From Anthoceros angustus (taxonomy: Eukaryota; Plantae; Anthocerotophyta): DNA of 64,000 nucleotides. Positions within the stretch are counted from its first letter, which is position 1. Every line of letters starts with the position of its first letter. The position numbers and the translations under genes were made by a program. Below, piece by piece: positions 61,701 through 64,000 of the stretch. The stretch spans positions 310,001-374,000 of the forward strand of contig VJWM01000063.1 in NCBI GenBank assembly GCA_010909165.1, read 5' to 3'. The notes under the pieces were generated by a model that saw nothing but the letters and a program-made list of their open reading frames with translations, had not been told where the DNA came from and did no database searches.

Positions 61701-64000
61701 GTGGCTGAGGAACTGGCATAACATACTCGACTGGATCGTCAAACCAGTCATCTGGTGGGTCGGGAAGTATATGAACAGCTTGGACAGGTTCATCAGTATC
61801 TGACTGATCATTAGGAGCCTGAATTTCGGCATCATCAACTACATCAGGCTGATCATCAAGATCTGAAGTATCAACCAAGTAAGGAGGCTGTTGTCCAACA
61901 GGGTCATCAGGAGATAAGGGTGGACCATTGTGCTGTAAGTGTGCAGGATCTATGTCTGAATCAGAGAGATCTGTCTCAGGAAAACTAACAATATCTGTTG
62001 GATCTGCTTCTGATGTAGAATCCTCCCCGGCCCCCTCTAGTTGTTCAAGTTCTACGCCTCCATCATCATCAAAGGAAGGATCAGAAGGGTTGCTGCATCT
62101 AGGTAAGCACTTGAATTCATATAAGCACTTCCCCCACCAACAACCAAGCAAACAAATCTAATACGCAGGACATATAATAGGTGCAACTAATCCCATTGAG
62201 GATCCGCAACAGAGGGAGTAGCTCGTGACATCGTGGCACAAACACACTCTCCCACGAGAACAACACGCAATTCCTCACATCGCCTTTCGAAGTCATAGCT
62301 TTTGGCCTCCACAACGCCTCGCATTAGTATATCTAGAGGACAAGCTATGATCCGAGCTTGTCTCAATGGAAGGGTCTATATATACCAGACTGCATCGGCA
62401 TATTCCTAAGATATCCTATTTGGCATCGATACGAAATATCCTAAGAATACACTATAATACGCGTAGGAATATGCCAAAGCACATATTACTTGAGCTTATC
62501 CACTTAGCTATTGTATCCTAAGAATACACTATAATATACAAGGAATATGCCAAAGCATATTACTTGAGCTTATCCACTTAGCTATTGCTAACCATGTTTA
62601 ATTAACACTAATCAATGCTTAATTAACATAAGCACCTTAGATTAATTAACATTAATTACTTATTTAAAGATAAGTAATAGATTAATTAATGCTAGTCAAA
62701 CACTAAACCCAAGTGCAGAGATTAGTATCACACGGCATGACAGGGTTGAAAGTACAGCACGCTCATCAAATGCTACAGTACGTGCATGGATTACCTTTCT
62801 AGAGACAGGCTCGAAAATCTTGTATCCATGTATCCCAGGGGTGTAGCCTATGAAGATGTGTCTCTTTGACTTAAAGGAGAATTTCTTACGTAGTTGATCA
62901 GGGATATGGGCGTATGCTGTGCTACCAAACACCCTGAGGTGTGACAAATCAGGCTTGCTACCAGTCCAAGCTTCAAAAGGTGTACTGCCCTTTAGGGAGG
63001 AGACTGCTGACCTATTCTGCAAGTAAGTGGCTACCTGAACCGCTTTAGCCCAGAAACGAATTGGCAGCCTCCCTTGATACAGTAATGACCTTGCAGCATC
63101 TTGTATAGTTCGATGTCTCCGCTCAGCACGTCCATTCATGTCAGAGTGGTAGGGAATGGTCAGCTGTCTGGTAATTCACTTCTCCTGACAGAATTCCTGG
63201 AACGCATTCGAAAGGTATTCCTTTCCATTGTCGGATCTTATGCACTTCATCTTATAGCCTGTTTGCCTTTCTGCATAGGCTAGATAACGTTTGAAGCTAT
63301 CAAACACTTCGCTCTTTTGGCGCAGGAGCTCTGTCACTGTAAAATGTGACCTGTCGTCCTCAAACACGACAAAGTAACGGGCTCCTCCCCAAGAATTAAC
63401 TGACATCGGCCCACATATATCTGTGTGTACCAGATCCAGTACTTCAGTAGCTTTGCGTGGATTTCCGCTGCCGAAATGTGACTTAAACTGCTTGCCATGA
63501 ACACAGGCAACGCAGAAATCCAAGTCAGGTAAATCACTGTCTGAGAAACCAGTGACCATCTTCTCTTGCAGCATTCGTCTCATTGCTTTAACATTTGGGT
63601 GCCCTAGTCTGCAGTGCCACTTGAACGCACTACTAACAGAAGATCTTGCATCTGCCACATGTGTTTTGGCAGGATACTTAGCAGGAACAAAATCCAGGAG
63701 ATACAGATCATAGAGAGGCTTGCCTCGTGCAAGCACTGCTGAGTCTGAAAGACGTGAGATCACACACTCGACTCCTTCAAACGTTATTCTGTACAGGCCT
63801 GTTTTTCCAAGTGCCATCGTACTGACCAAGTTTTTAGCCAGTTGAGGTACATGCAGGGCCTTCTCCAATTTTAACGTTCCTCCTCCTGTAAGGTACACTT
63901 CTACTATACCAGAACCCCTGATTAGGATTTCTGAATTGTCTCCTAGGGACGCTGTGGATTTGTGGCACGCTGGTGCAGCTTCATATGTCACGAAATGCTT
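58739..64000 (-). mobile_element. Ty1/copia element C (PR-INT-RT-RH, PPT, 3' LTR ~58739-59001), running off the window end
   Basis: WHCRLGH, CVAC, LVHTDICGP, RSDNGKEY, NGRAER, HLRVFG, YKARLVARGFSQ, QMDVKTAFLHG, LYVDD, DVDWA and CDNQSA. PPT GAGAGGGGG at 59002-59010 (minus strand) next to TGTTGAAT. Confidence 0.95.
62091..62742 (-). mobile_element. Solo LTR, family A, inserted in copia C between integrase and RT
   Basis: Reverse copy of 5760-6286, flanked by GGGT/GGGT (62087-62090, 62743-62746). It carries an internal ~77-bp tandem duplication at ~62437-62587. Confidence 0.88.

Overview
Eukaryotic nuclear DNA, most likely from a seed-free land plant with flagellated sperm (bryophyte/lycophyte-like). 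This is inferred from short GT-AG introns, plant-type UPL6/CW-zinc-finger genes, a TTTAGGG remnant and an FBF1-like ciliary gene. Four host genes look intact: an AT-rich FBF1-like coiled-coil gene (14099-18666 +), tafazzin (23010-25177 +), the HECT E3 ligase UPL6 (32465-25802 -) and a CW-type zinc-finger protein (41533-48493 +). There is also an inverted partial pseudocopy of the last gene. They sit among nested, decayed TEs: Ty3/gypsy fragments, four Ty1/copia remnants, a solo-LTR family with 4-bp TSDs, six CRE-like (restriction-like endonuclease) non-LTR fragments, a Tc1/pogo-type MITE and minisatellites. The main discovery is hidden from the ORF track by frameshifts. The Ty3/gypsy element at 1762-5480 carries a C5-cytosine DNA methyltransferase domain (motifs II, III, IV, VI, VIII, IX and X in order; motif I deleted) between its protease and reverse transcriptase. 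A PHD finger ends a gypsy integrase at about 36.5 kb, and a SET-like fragment lies in TE DNA at about 7.5 kb. Together these suggest retroelements in this land plant carry their own chromatin writer/reader modules. Caveat: TE regions are rich in 1-2 bp indels and some tandem duplications may be assembly artefacts. All protein assignments come from manual translation and motif recall, not database searches.
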